Below, piece by piece: positions 11,901 through 24,587 of a stretch of 64,000 bases of DNA (the first letter of the stretch is position 1; every line of letters starts with the position of its first letter). The notes under the pieces were generated by a model. It was not told the origin of the DNA. It did no database searches and saw only the letters and a list, made by a program, of their open reading frames with translations. The stretch is from NCBI GenBank assembly GCA_030141605.1, contig JAQGDQ010000169.1, positions 186,001 to 250,000 of the forward strand. The letters run 5' to 3'. Source of the DNA: Tubiluchus corallicola. Taxonomy: Eukaryota; Animalia; Priapulida. The position numbers and the translations under genes were made by a program.

Positions 11901-14900
11901 ATATTCATCTTGCTGATAAAATACCTACATTCATCCTGCTGATCATTTTGTAGCTTAAGACCAATTCAGTCTAGGTTTTCCCATGATATTGTCCTTTTTT
12001 TGTAATTATGAAGCTTTTATGTTTTAAAAGTACAATAATTCTTTTTATTTAGCAGACTCTTTTTGTGTTGAATTCAATTTTTACACATTTAAGTGAAAGC
12101 TTTATCACAAAAAGTACCTGCCAGTACTTTTTCAGTAGATATTCATTAACTGGCCGATTATTGTGTTGTCTTTTGTAGGATCCTGATGCTCCTATTAGGC
12201 AGAATAAGCCTTTGGCGGATCTTGACAAGGTAGTGTAGCACCATAGCTCTCACATTTGACTTCCGTGCACATTTTCATGTATTGAGCAAATTATCATTAT
12301 TCGATCTTTCTTGTTTTAGTTTGACATAAAGCCTTGTAGCGAACATGCTTTTATTTATTCAAGATGAATAGTTTTGCTCATCTTTCCCTGACACATTGCT
12401 TTATATAATATACAGCTTTTTCTTACACTTGTTCGACTCTCCTCCCAATTTTCACCTTGATTTGCCATAGATTTGTAAATTACATATTATCATTGACTTT
12501 ATAACCATGAGTAGTGCTGATAATAATGCAAATGCCGAATTTCATTTGAAGTAATTTTTGTTGCCAAAAACGGTTTTAAGGCATGCTTTTCGCATCTGTT
12601 TTGCAATTTTTTTATAATAATTTCAGACCTTTAGTGACAGAGATTATTGTGCTTTTAGGAAGATGAAGTTAGACTACTCAAGTATGTGTTTGGACTGCTA
12701 AGAGCTGGCCAGTTGGATGAGGTTTGTGGCTTTACATAGTTAGGAGATATCATAGTAAAGTCTGTTTTATTGAGTGGTTAGGTTTATATATGTCATTTAC
12801 GCCAAATACTCTAGAAAAATTACGTATTACTAACCCTTAGTTTTGCATTGTTCCTGCCCATCTAGCTGCTTTTTTTGGTTGCTTTCAAGCATTTACAATT
12901 TGTAAAATTTTGTCTTCTTTGATCAGATCACTTTGTTTATTTGACCAAGTTCCTTTTTTGGCAAACTTATAACTTAAGCAAGAATGAATAAAGAAACTTG
13001 AAACGAGTAAAGCTAGGAATTTAAAGTTAAGTTTTCAGTTCTTTGTGCTTAAAAAATGTCACTTATTTGACCAGTTTCAAAGTCTAAAACAAGTTATTGT
13101 AAATTCAAGCAATTTATTGAATTACTTCTTATTTTTGAACTTTTGAACAAATGAATGGTCTGGACTAGTTCATTGAATTACTTATGCAAATTGCTTTCAT
13201 AGTGAAATGAACATTAACATGAGAAACTACCTTGTTTAAAGCTTACTATGTTAGGAAATTTCAGCTTTAACAAAATGCACTCTTTGCTTAAAAACTTAAA
13301 ATTTGAAAATGTTTAGTTTTTGAAGGAATTAATCACTTTCAAATCGTAACGTTTCTGTATTTTCATTCACACATCCACAGGCTCAGCGACTTTGTGTGAA
13401 ATGTGGTCAGTCATGGCGTGCTGCAACTTTGGAAGGCTGGAAGTTATTCCATGATCCAAACTATTCCAATAATTCAACTGTTCAACCAAATGAGGGCAAT
13501 CCAACTCGTGATATTTGGAAGGCTGTATGTTGGAGAATGTGTGAAGAGGTATACTAAATAATTGATTGTTTCGAGTATTTTTTTGTTGCTGTACAAGTGG
13601 TCATATCCTTTTTATCAAATGTTATGAAATTTAGGGTACCAAAGAAATGTGTTTAATTGCTTTGATTGTTGATGTTATTCTGCTTTTTCATTTGCTGATT
13701 TTGACATTCTTACTGCTAGGTCCTAAAATCTTTTTTCTTACCGCTAATATTTAAGTGCAAGAGTGACTTTCCATGGCAACTGGGTGTCCCTCCTTAGTCT
13801 AACAGTTTAGACGTCAGCATAATCATAATGGTCTTTTCTTTGTTTTTAATGCATTGCGTTTTTTAGTTTTGGAAATTGCTCAAGATGAAAGGTTTATCAT
13901 GCCTCAAAGACATGTGTAACCCCTTAAGTGGCACACAATATATGCATTTTTACCATATTTTAGCTTGTCTGCTGCTGTGTTAGCATTATTTTAATTTCCA
14001 ACTGGAACTCATCTTGCTAGAACAGTGAGCATGTTATAGGATACATTAGCTGGAGAAATTAGAACATTCATTCCTATTTAGAATAATTCTCTCAATTTAG
14101 TCCTATTTAATCATGTAGCACTAGCTATGTAAAAAATGCATAGGATTTTATGATGTAGTGTTTAATACTTGTTAGTGCTGTGCTTTCTTAATTTAAATGT
14201 TTTAGTGACAATTTGATATGTTTAATCTTAACTTCCATGCATACATTGATTTATAATTTCAGGAGCGGTATCACTTGTATGAGCGTGCAATCTATGCAGC
14301 GCTAAGCGGAAATCTTAATGCAGTCTTACCTGCTTGCGTAACGTGGGAGGATTGTCTCTGGGCTTACTACAGAGTGATGGTTGATACCCGTATTGAGCAG
14401 GAGATAAGAACCACCAGCATTCGATCGCACGAAAGTTTGCCACCTGCTTACTACAGCAAAGTGTAAGAATTACTAGGTTATGAGTAGAATTTGCAATTCC
14501 TTGGCCCATTAGAAACAGCATATCCAGACTGGGACTGATAAGTATGTGATCCGTCATGATCGGCTGAGATCGTAACTGACTGAGTATGAAATAAAAATGA
14601 CGGGAAAATATGATCGTACTGCAGTGTATACGATTCAGCATGTAAAAACATTGTTTCCTATTTACTTTCTACTTGTCTTGTTTTATTCTTTGGTCTATTT
14701 TAAACATTGTCTTGTTTTATCAGTGCCTGTGTGGTGAGTACAATCTCAGTAATTTGCATACAATCATCCTGGCAGCAATCACATGATTACTGATTTCTGG
14801 GCCTGCTTTGTCAACTCACGTTAGGCCCACAATACACATGATTATGCTAAACGTATCAAGCATAACACAAAAAAATTGTGATATGTACTGCAGACAGTGA

Positions 14901-17900
14901 TATCATGTACAAATGCAAGATGCTACACGTTTTATTTTTATGAGGCTGCTGGACGAGCAAAAACGGTAGCTAGCTGCTGTTTCTCTTATGTATACGGTAG
15001 ATAATATTACAATATTTGCAATATTTGCTGCAATTTTTCAAAATGAATGAACAAGCCGTTTAATTGTACCTTAGAGTAACCAGTACATGGAGAGATTGGT
15101 TTCTCGAAAATGTGACTGCTGTTTTTATATTGAATTTTCTCCAGTAAGCTATCAGGTGTTTTCATTGGTATGTGGGGATAATTAAAAAAATTCTCTTCGT
15201 CAGCTCTCACCAGACACAAAGTTTGGTTGTCACACCATGGCACGAACTCAATTTGTCAACCATATGCACTCATTAGATGGACGTTTCACAAACTTGTATC
15301 TATTAACATTATCAAGTTTTACAATAGGTGCAGTTCATTTCCATGCTTTGTACATTTTATTAAAATAATTAAAGGTGTAACATTCCATTGTTATTTTGCA
15401 GACTTACTCCAGAGTCGATTTTTGAGGAACTGCAATCAAGCTCGAAGCAGGTGCAAATTTATCTAATTCAAACTTGTCCAAAAACTGAATCTAGCATGAG
15501 AAGAAAAATTAATAATTGCAAATTTAAGAGAATATGATAATTAAAAGAAATGGTTAATTTTAGCAAAAATCATGTTCATCCTCAAGTTCTTAAGAAAGCT
15601 CATTTGTAACCTGTCGCACTAAAAAAGAAATGAAGTATAAACTATCCATGTTTTTATCACTATGACGGCTGCATTTTATTGCTTAACATATGATGATACA
15701 TTTTTTGTTAATTTTGTTTTCTATTTGTACTCCTACTCAATCTTACAATAATATTTATCAGCGCCTGACCTATTATGCTGAATGTTGCAAAATTAGTTTT
15801 TTAAACTCTTCATGTTGCACCACATACAGCTTACTACAGAGACAGTCACAGCTGTAATTAAAAAAATGAAAATTGCTATCATTGCTGTTACTGTATTAAC
15901 ATAATGCTTTGTTTACTAAACTACTTGAAGGTAAATTACTACCTTGTCCATGTAAGCTACTTGTAAAATGAATGCCAAATTTGATATCATTGCTTATCAA
16001 GTTCAAAAGAAGTTTGTTTATCTTATACCTTGTTGCAGGGTATTGCTGAAGAGTGCTCTACACCATTTCATGTTATTCAGAAATGTATAATCCTCAATGA
16101 TATAGATATGCTACTAGATGAACTTGATGATTGGCTGGAGGATCATGAGAAGTATCCACAACCACAGTTACTTCGATTTATGACTCACTTGGTAATCTTC
16201 CTCAAAGTGGTTGGATTAGAAACTAAGGTATTGCAATTAATCATCTTTATACGCTGTTTTTTCACTTTTGTGTTGCAAATGTGGAATTAAATTGCAAATA
16301 TCTGGCCAACTTTTCTACTGCATGTGCATGACCAGTAGTCAGTGCTCAATGAGTACTTTTAAAAATAATTTTCTTTTCATATAATTATAGCTAAAATAGA
16401 TATTTCATATAATTATATTATTAATGTGGCTCACATTATGGTTGGACAGAGTGTAAACAAATCCCCAAGTAAATTGGAATTTTAAACACAAAGTGCTTAT
16501 GCATACAGGAGTTTAACATTATATTGTTTATGAAAGACAGTAATTTTTTATTCACTAATTTGTTTGCAGTTTTAAAAATCTGTCTGAACAAAAGAATGAC
16601 TAAAAGTTTTTTAATCTTCTGCATGTAAAAACTACTTTGCTAGTGGTAACTGATAATTTTGGTCTCGTGATTTCTGTCGAAGGCTGACACTTGAGGCATT
16701 TCAACTCGTTGGTTTAAAGAATAATGTTATGTGATACGTCAATGTGTATTCCTCATTTTTGTTAATTAACAGTGCTTCCTGCTTTGAACAATCTATCTAT
16801 CACCAGGTACTTTTTAGTTTGGAACAGCTTACAGCTGAATTGATTTTTGTTTGATTCGTGAATTTTTGAAATTGAATAACTTAATTGTATTATGTTGAGC
16901 TTTGATTTCTAATAATGCCTTTTCTGACAATTCTAAATTTTTTAGGATGAAGTTTGTGTTTCTGTAATAGAAGCTTATGTTCAGGTGAGTATAATGTTTT
17001 GCAAAAAAATAAAGTACATATTATGTACATACATGGTACACAGTAAATGAAATGACACTACTTTGAAAGCCTTTGTTTTTGAAACTTAGCACACATGTTA
17101 AATTTTTATGTAAAGTATACTGATTAGCTTATTCACTCTTTATATGGCCTTCCTGTTTTAAATACTATTGCTGGGCTTTTTGGCACCCTTAATGCATTTG
17201 CTGAAAAAATATTAATGTGTATAAAGCTGTTGTTTATCCCATTTTTCCATCACTCCATTGCTCTTCTCTCGCATGGCTATTGGCATAAAAATAAGCATTA
17301 GTTGCCAGTATTTGTTAATGTTTTTATTAACTGTGCCTGCTAATACAAACCAAACTTAGTGACATAGAAACATACTACCTATAGCATGTTTTATGTAGCT
17401 TAAATTTTCTTCTTGTACAGATCTGTTGTTAATACTGACTGATGTTGAATGTATTTCATGTTCGAAGTCTTTCAGATATAAGGTGTGGTTGTTTATATTT
17501 TCATTGGTGTTTTTGTTTATCGTGTAATTGCGTTACCCAAGCAACAAACGCTTGTTGTGAACATTAATTAACATGTTTTTATTTGCAGTTTTTAATTAAC
17601 AAGAAGTACAAAGAGCTTGTTGCATTTTACGCATCCATGCTTCCTCAGGATGGTCAGGTTTATTGGTACGCAAAATTTCTTGAAGGTAAGCAAACATTGT
17701 TTTGTCCACTTTTGTAAAAGGTAACTGCACTATAGGATAAAGGTTGGATATAATTATTCTTACTGAGTTATGGGTTTTTAGCCTTTAATCTCTTCAGTTT
17801 GCTATTGGTGTTCAAAACGAAACTTATTTCTGAGTTATGCTATCGAATTTTACAGATGATTTCTGGAGTAATATATGTGTTAGCTGTAGACTAATGCTTT

Positions 17901-20900
17901 TGGATGTTGATAAACAAGAATGTACCACGAGCTTGCAAAATATTTTTTGTTCCTGTTTATTCATTATTTAGACATTCGTGGTACTGATGAAAGGAGAAAG
18001 TGCTTAACTCTTGCCAGTGAGGCTGGTTTGGATGTCCCTGTTATCGCAAAAAGAGTGGTAGAGAACATACGTAATCGTGACATTTCTGAACTAACATTTG
18101 CGATAGCTGAAAGTAGCGCTACTCTTGATACAGCCACGTCATCGGTATGTTGAACATTTTTAGTTAATTATTGTGAGCTTTCTTGCATTAAATGAGTTGT
18201 AAAATTGTGGCAATGCCTATAACAAGTCAGCTAAAGTGAACATGTTTTTATAAGTGCTGGCATAACTAATCCTTGCTACTCCTATCAAATAACCAGCAAT
18301 AGTTTTCTTGTTTTGTATTCATAACAGAGAACGACTATGATTTTAATATTTTGTTTCATTTGTACAAATAATTATTCAGTGTTAACTATCGGTATATTTT
18401 CTTTTTGCTGTACATTTAAATTAATACAATGACATTAAGTTAATTTTGAAGTAGTTCACTAGATACACAGTTTCAGATACTTCTGATTTACATAAAGAAA
18501 AGCATTTACTCACGCTTTAGCATTCTTATTGTGTGGCATTATCGTATATCACATGAAATGAGGTTTCTGTTTCTATGCAGAGCGATCGACAGAAAATTGA
18601 AGCAATTGACTGGTTAGTGTTTGATGAGACGCAAAGAACAGAGGCAGTGAAGCAAGCTAATGCTATTATGCGCATGTTCTTAGGTGACGACTATTTACAT
18701 CACTACTTGTTATATTTTACATCATTAATTGTTTGCTTTAATTTTTTTGGGTGTTTTAGCTCTTAGAAAAAAGGTTTCTGTTGGACATTTTTGTAATTAG
18801 TGGTGCGTATTGAGATACTTAAACTTTGAGACACTTGTTGACAAATAGACTAGATGCCAAGTGCTAGTCTTAGATGCCTTACTTGATATCACGGCAAACT
18901 TATATCAAGTTTTACAATAGGTGCAGATACAGCAGGTCACTGTATCTCATAGTATGTAAGAGGCAAATGCTTATTTAAAGCTCATCCCATTACTAGTGTA
19001 GTAGTTACTAGTGACTAATGCAATATTTTTTGTTTTTGGGTTGCAGGACTTAAAAAGCACATGGCAGCTAAAGAAGTGTTTCATAAAATTCCCAGTGATT
19101 CTATTGACGTCATAATGAGACTCACCCAACTGCGGGTACATGCTGAGATATTTTTGCAAAATGTTAACATATAATTCTTTAACTTAATAATTTATAATTG
19201 CTAAGATGCAGAGACTGTAATAAGTAATCATAATATTTTTTCATCAGAAATTTTTTTAAAAATCTGTTGTAGGATCTGTATGAAGTTGGGAGTATGTGAA
19301 AATCAATGAAAATTTTGATAAAATATTTTTGTGTAATTAACAAAGTGAAGTTAACTCTTAAAGTTTGTTTAAACATTAATTTGTAGAGTGGAAGCACTGA
19401 CTTATCAGCAGAAGATGATAATGCAATTAGAGAATATTTGTGCATGCAAGCATATTTGGTAAGCTATTTTTTATGATCTTCTCTTACTGTTAAACTTTTA
19501 ACTGTTACAACTGTGATTTGACTTACAAAGTTAAATAACTTATTGGCTGCCCCAGTAACTGTTAACATTCTTAATAATCTGTCAAATTACGAAAGAGTAA
19601 CGTTACTTTGCACATTTTAACTGGTATATTGTTTTCATATGTAGATGCAAATGAAAGAGAAGTATCTGTTATTCTTCTTGAAGCAAGTTCGTTGTAGTTC
19701 GTAGAGAAATAATTTTCTGATAAAGAAGCAAAGAAAGTCCACAGATAAGGCTCTGCAAAGAAAATTGATTTTTAAGCAATTATTCTTCATTTAGTAATGT
19801 CCATGGATAATTATATTAAAAAGTAGTGCAGTAAAGCAAGTGTTCTGTCCTGGGGAATTTTAGTGCTTACTATATTTACTACTTAGACAAGAGCAGCAGT
19901 GTGAGTATCTTCCATAAAAGATGCCAGGTGAGCAATAGATAGCTGGGTTGGCCCCAAATTTAGCCGCGACTAGATTGACAATATGATTTTAGTATTTATG
20001 AAGTAGCTTGATGTCATAAACTGAGGAAACTGATGGAAATTAATAACTGAAAACCCCATTGATAAAACTTCATATTAATGTTGGTTGCAGGCAAAGGACT
20101 AGTTTATTTTTAGATATTTTCTTTGTGATCACATGCAAAGTACTGAGAAGTTTATGGGTTTTTGAAGTACAAATTATATGTGTTGCCATCACAATTGAAA
20201 GCTGCTAAAAACCTAAATTATAAAAAACATTATTTTCTAGAAAGCAATGTGATTTTTCTATAATTGTTTGTGTTTTGTTGTAGGATGCACAGGATTCCTT
20301 TAATGACTGGTTTGAACAGTTTCATCATGGCTCGCCAGAGAAGCCAGTATTGGCAAAAGGTGCAAGCTTTACCGAGAGTGTTACGTATGAACATAAATTA
20401 AAGCAGTACGAAGCTGATATGCAGAGGTGTGTTTCACTAATTTTTATTTTTTCATGACTCTACTGAACAGTTTTATAACAATTTGGTAAAGCATATTTTG
20501 GCTGTACGTACTTATTGTGGTAATTATTATCCAAACAAGTCAAAGTTTAAAGCCGGTTTTTGTATTTAGTGAGATATGATTAGTTCTTAAACTCTAGAGC
20601 AGGACATTGATGCTGTAGGCAGAGGTGATGTGTCTTACATCACCATGATTCATAGTCTTCGGCTTTCTGTGTAGTGTTTTATAATATGACTGTCTGCCTG
20701 TTTTACTATGAGCAATCTCTGGATTGCTTCTGGTAAGTGGTTTGATCATCGTTCGACACACATAAGTAAACATGCTACTAGACTGCAATTTTTTGGTAAT
20801 TATTCTGTTTCTTGAAAATTAAAGGATTATCTGAAATGGTTAATGTACTTGCTGTATATGCAATTTTTGCACAATAATGCAGAATACATACAGTATTTGT

Positions 20901-22362
20901 AGGTCTGTATGTGAAAGATCTGCATAAGGAAACTGTGTTTATTTCACAAGTATATTTTTAGTAAGGTATTGTTTGGAGAGTCTTATCTTTGTATTGTCTC
21001 TTCATTTTTTCTGTACTGTATTACTTGCACTGATGTGTGTTTTTTATTATGCAGATGGACCCATTCAATTAAACTTCAAACGAAAGCCACCACAGATAAG
21101 CTTTTTAATGTCTTACTGTTTGCTGGTGGATGGCTGGTTGATCAAAGAATGGTATGTAATTAAAATGTTCGTTCACTTTTTGTGAATAAATTTATACTTC
21201 AGTTAGCAGTCATGTATTTGCATTTATGCATTGTTTTATAGGGCGTCGTTAGTTTAGTTTTTTACAAATTCCAAATTTCCAAAGGCTGGTGATGAAAGAA
21301 TGTTTTGTAAAAGCTTAAATATATTAACAGTTTCTTCCTCATTGGATCAAAATTTCTTATATATTGGCTTGATGTGGCAGCAACTGCCTATACTTAGCTT
21401 TATTAAATTTTACATTTTTTGGGTGATTTCAACCTATATCTTTTGAAATTCAAGTAATAACAGATAACCGTTATTTTCCTAATAACAAGATCGTTGCATT
21501 TTTAGAAAGTCTATTGTATTTCCAGGACTGTGAGTTAGATGAATGTCGTCAGAATCAACTTGATTTGTTACGACAGTTGTATATTCCCATGGTAGCTGTT
21601 CTAATTCACACAGTATTGCAGTCAACCAAGCAGTATCAAGAATGTCTTCAGCTAGCTGACTACGTAGCTTCAGAGAAGTATCAGTTGTATAAGGTAACAT
21701 AGATTTTCATTGTTGAGGCTTTCTCATTTTAGGACATATTTTACTCTTTGTATTTATCAAATAGACGAGACACCAGTGTGACCTCACCAAGTACATTTTT
21801 TTAAATTGCCTGTTTTAGGAGTCATTAGATATTTGTTTAGATATGCTATAACAACAGTGTTACTTAAAGATAATTTCTTACCTGTTTTACCTACCTACAG
21901 TCATTTGCTATCTACTTGTAAACAAAACATGCATAAGTATTTGGTAGTTTCACATTTAAAAAACTGCTGAAGTATTTCTTGCTCTTTCGACACTTAGTAG
22001 CATACCATTCTGCAAACATTTCTGTGGATCAACTTCTTTAACTGATGGCATTCGGTGTAGCACAACTGCCTGTATGTTATTAAATTTTAATTTTTTTTGG
22101 ATGTGTTTTTGTATTGTTGTACTAAAAAGTAAAAAGCGATCATAAGTAGCTTGGATTGGTGGAAATCCTGCCTTGTGACAAATTTAACAATTTATTCAAG
22201 ACACACTTAAAATGTAGAATTACACTTAACTGAACTTATTTCAATTTGCAGGCATTCAGAAAAGAAGAACTGAAGAAGTTTTTGGAATTATTACGAGAGT
22301 CTTCTCTTCACTTGCTTGCAGAGGAAAATGATCCTTTGGGATACGGTTCAGAAAATCAATAA
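5976..22362 (+). CDS. NUP107: Nuclear pore complex protein Nup107 (Nup84 family), 26 coding exons, ~896-900 aa
   Basis: Phase-consistent exons: 5976-6042, 6885-6968, 7166-7239, 7479-7538, 7799-7865, 8190-8281, 8604-8795 (or 8807), 9824-9895, 10575-10666, 11804-11882, 12179-12229, 12659-12721, 13381-13548, 14263-14462, 15402-15450, 16039-16227, 16946-16984, 17589-17685, 17972-18144, 18581-18683, 19047-19135, 19387-19458, 20284-20426, 21055-21151, 21526-21693, 22252-22362 (TAA). Recognisable Nup107 motifs: [98 protein letters not shown]-terminal DPLGY. The first four exons are less certain than the rest. Confidence 0.95.
6043..6884 (+). other. U12-type (minor spliceosome) GT-AG intron 1 of Nup107
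   Basis: Donor GTATCCTT (6043-6050) matches the U12 consensus RTATCCTT. Branch CCTTAAC (6866-6872) lies 10 nt before the AG (6883-6884), with no polypyrimidine tract. The phase-1 join gives ...[15 protein letters not shown] in frame. Confidence 0.8.
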
Positions 22363-23081
22363 TCATGACTGTTATAATAAACAATGAGTGACAAAGTCAC
22401 TGTAACTTCTTGCAAACATAGACACCTACACATGGCAATTATGTGGGTCAATTGCATTTAATGTATTTGAGAAGATTCTTCCTTCAAATGAGAAATCTCA
22501 AGGCAGGTGTCTTGTTTCCCTTGTTATTTGCCGTAGGAAAACAGTCAAGGATATGGCAAAATGTTACAGTGTTGAATGTTGACATTATGCCCCGAAAGTT
22601 GGTGTATTCTATTGATAACAAAGAGAACACATCTTTGATCTCTGTGCAAAAGGTATTTTGTCTTAAACTTGTATTGCTAAAGGTATCACCTTTGTGGTCA
22701 AGAAAACGTTTTCTTACTTAGTTTGTGTTTGGTTTGAACCACAAAGAATAATTAGTATTCAGGCTTGTATTGTTTTTATAAATATATATATATATTGTAT
22801 AAAGGTGACATCAGGTGGAAGATTTATCGAAGACTGAACCAAATAATTTATCATTTCTGATACAGTCAAACCAAAAACCTTGTCATTAGTCTATTTGAGA
22901 CAGGTGGTAAGGTAATATCTTTAGATATTAACAGCTAATCTACCTTAGGATCTTCAGTCATTTTAGTAATCCTAATGTGTATGCCATAAGTTTGTAATGT
23001 TAGTGTAATGTAAGGTTTGTAGTGTTGAATTAGGAAGACATGTACATCTTAGTTTACTAACTGTTGTTACATTCCAGTACA

Positions 23082-23426
23082 AGGGCTCTCTTAACACATT
23101 ATAAGCCCCCGGACAAAGCAGTGCACTGGGGCCCCTACCTACATGATCACTCACAAGAATAAAAATGTAAATGATCGATAAAATTAAACGTATATTTACT
23201 GTAATGGTACGTCGAACAAAATCAATGTCCAAACATTAAAAAAACATGCTGTACAGCAAAGATACATCAACACAAACGTTTGATTAGTGTCAAAGTCCAC
23301 CTGTAAGACAATAACAAATATTAAAAAAATATAGTTTAGTATAGTACTTATTTATTGGCAGCAAGATGCAACATACATAGATTAGCATGCTCGTGCCCAG
23401 CTTCCCCGTGTGTTAAAATGGTCCCG
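23082..23426. mobile_element. Probable non-autonomous DNA element (MITE, Harbinger-like GGGC ends)
   Basis: Left end AGGGCTCTCTTAACACA resembles the reverse complement of the right end (GGGACCATTTTAACACA). GC-rich subtermini include GGGGCCCC. Confidence 0.45.
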
Positions 23427-24587
23427 TCGAGTACAAAAGGTCTACCTCTATCAACATCAACAAAATGAGAAGAATCCAAGAAGCCTGTTCATGTGCACTG
23501 CAATCATGCCAGAATATATATGTATACCCGCCACAATTCTCCTTGATGTGGAAGTGCATCAAACAGTTGTATGTATGAAGTCTGTAAATATATAGTAACT
23601 AATATTCTTTTGCCAAAAAGCTGTTGTTTTGATTATTCGTAGCAGTTTTTATACCAGCATTTCAATGTAAACCACAGAGCTGGCATTACAACCAGGTACT
23701 CTGTGTACAATGAAAACAGTAATTGATGTTAGCAGTATTTCCTATATTTAATCCCACCCGGAAAGTGGGATAAGTCATTTTTTCTGATTTGAAAACTTTT
23801 TTGAGAAGAAAACTTCTACATTTTTGTGAACTCTTTTTGTAAAGCCGGTATTGTAATAAAAGTTAGAGGTATTTGTATATGTAATCACTTGTTTGCAGTC
23901 ATTGGTAAATTTGCCCTGGCAATTAATTATGGTATCAGTCAACTGTACTGGTTAGAACAATTGCAAAGCAATTGTAGTCATAAGGCAATAAACAAAAAAA
24001 CACTAGCCAAAGTGTAAAGAAAAAATTCTGTGAATAGCTGGCTTAAAAGCTATTGTAATAATTCTCCACAAAATATTGTTTTAATTGTAAAACATTTAGT
24101 GAAGAAACTAGAATAAAGAGCTGAGGAATTAACTTTAAAGGGGCGAATTGATGTGTTTACAATTACGTAAAGCAGCAGAAAACCCTCAAAATTATAAAAA
24201 CAGAAGCAATGTGCATAAGTCCATGAAGGTACATGTGGGTGATGATTATAATTATTTCATTCGCACTTATAGTTGCTCAGCATGGCAACTAGTTACATAT
24301 GGTTGTTATCTTATCAAACAAACATGTCTGATGGGCGTTCATTACTGGTTGAGGCCGGCAGCATGTGAACTGATTAGTTAGTAAGTTTGTTCAACATGTT
24401 AATGTGTCTGTGCAATTTGAGATTGTATTCCAGTTTAATGGTTAAAAAAATATACGGATTTGTGTGTAATACATCTCATTATTAAAGCAAGAATGAATTT
24501 GAAGATGATGTGGATAAATCCAATTTTGTTTTAATTACGAGTTTTGGTAATCAAATCAAGTGGGTCGCTGGACTAAACATACTGCAC

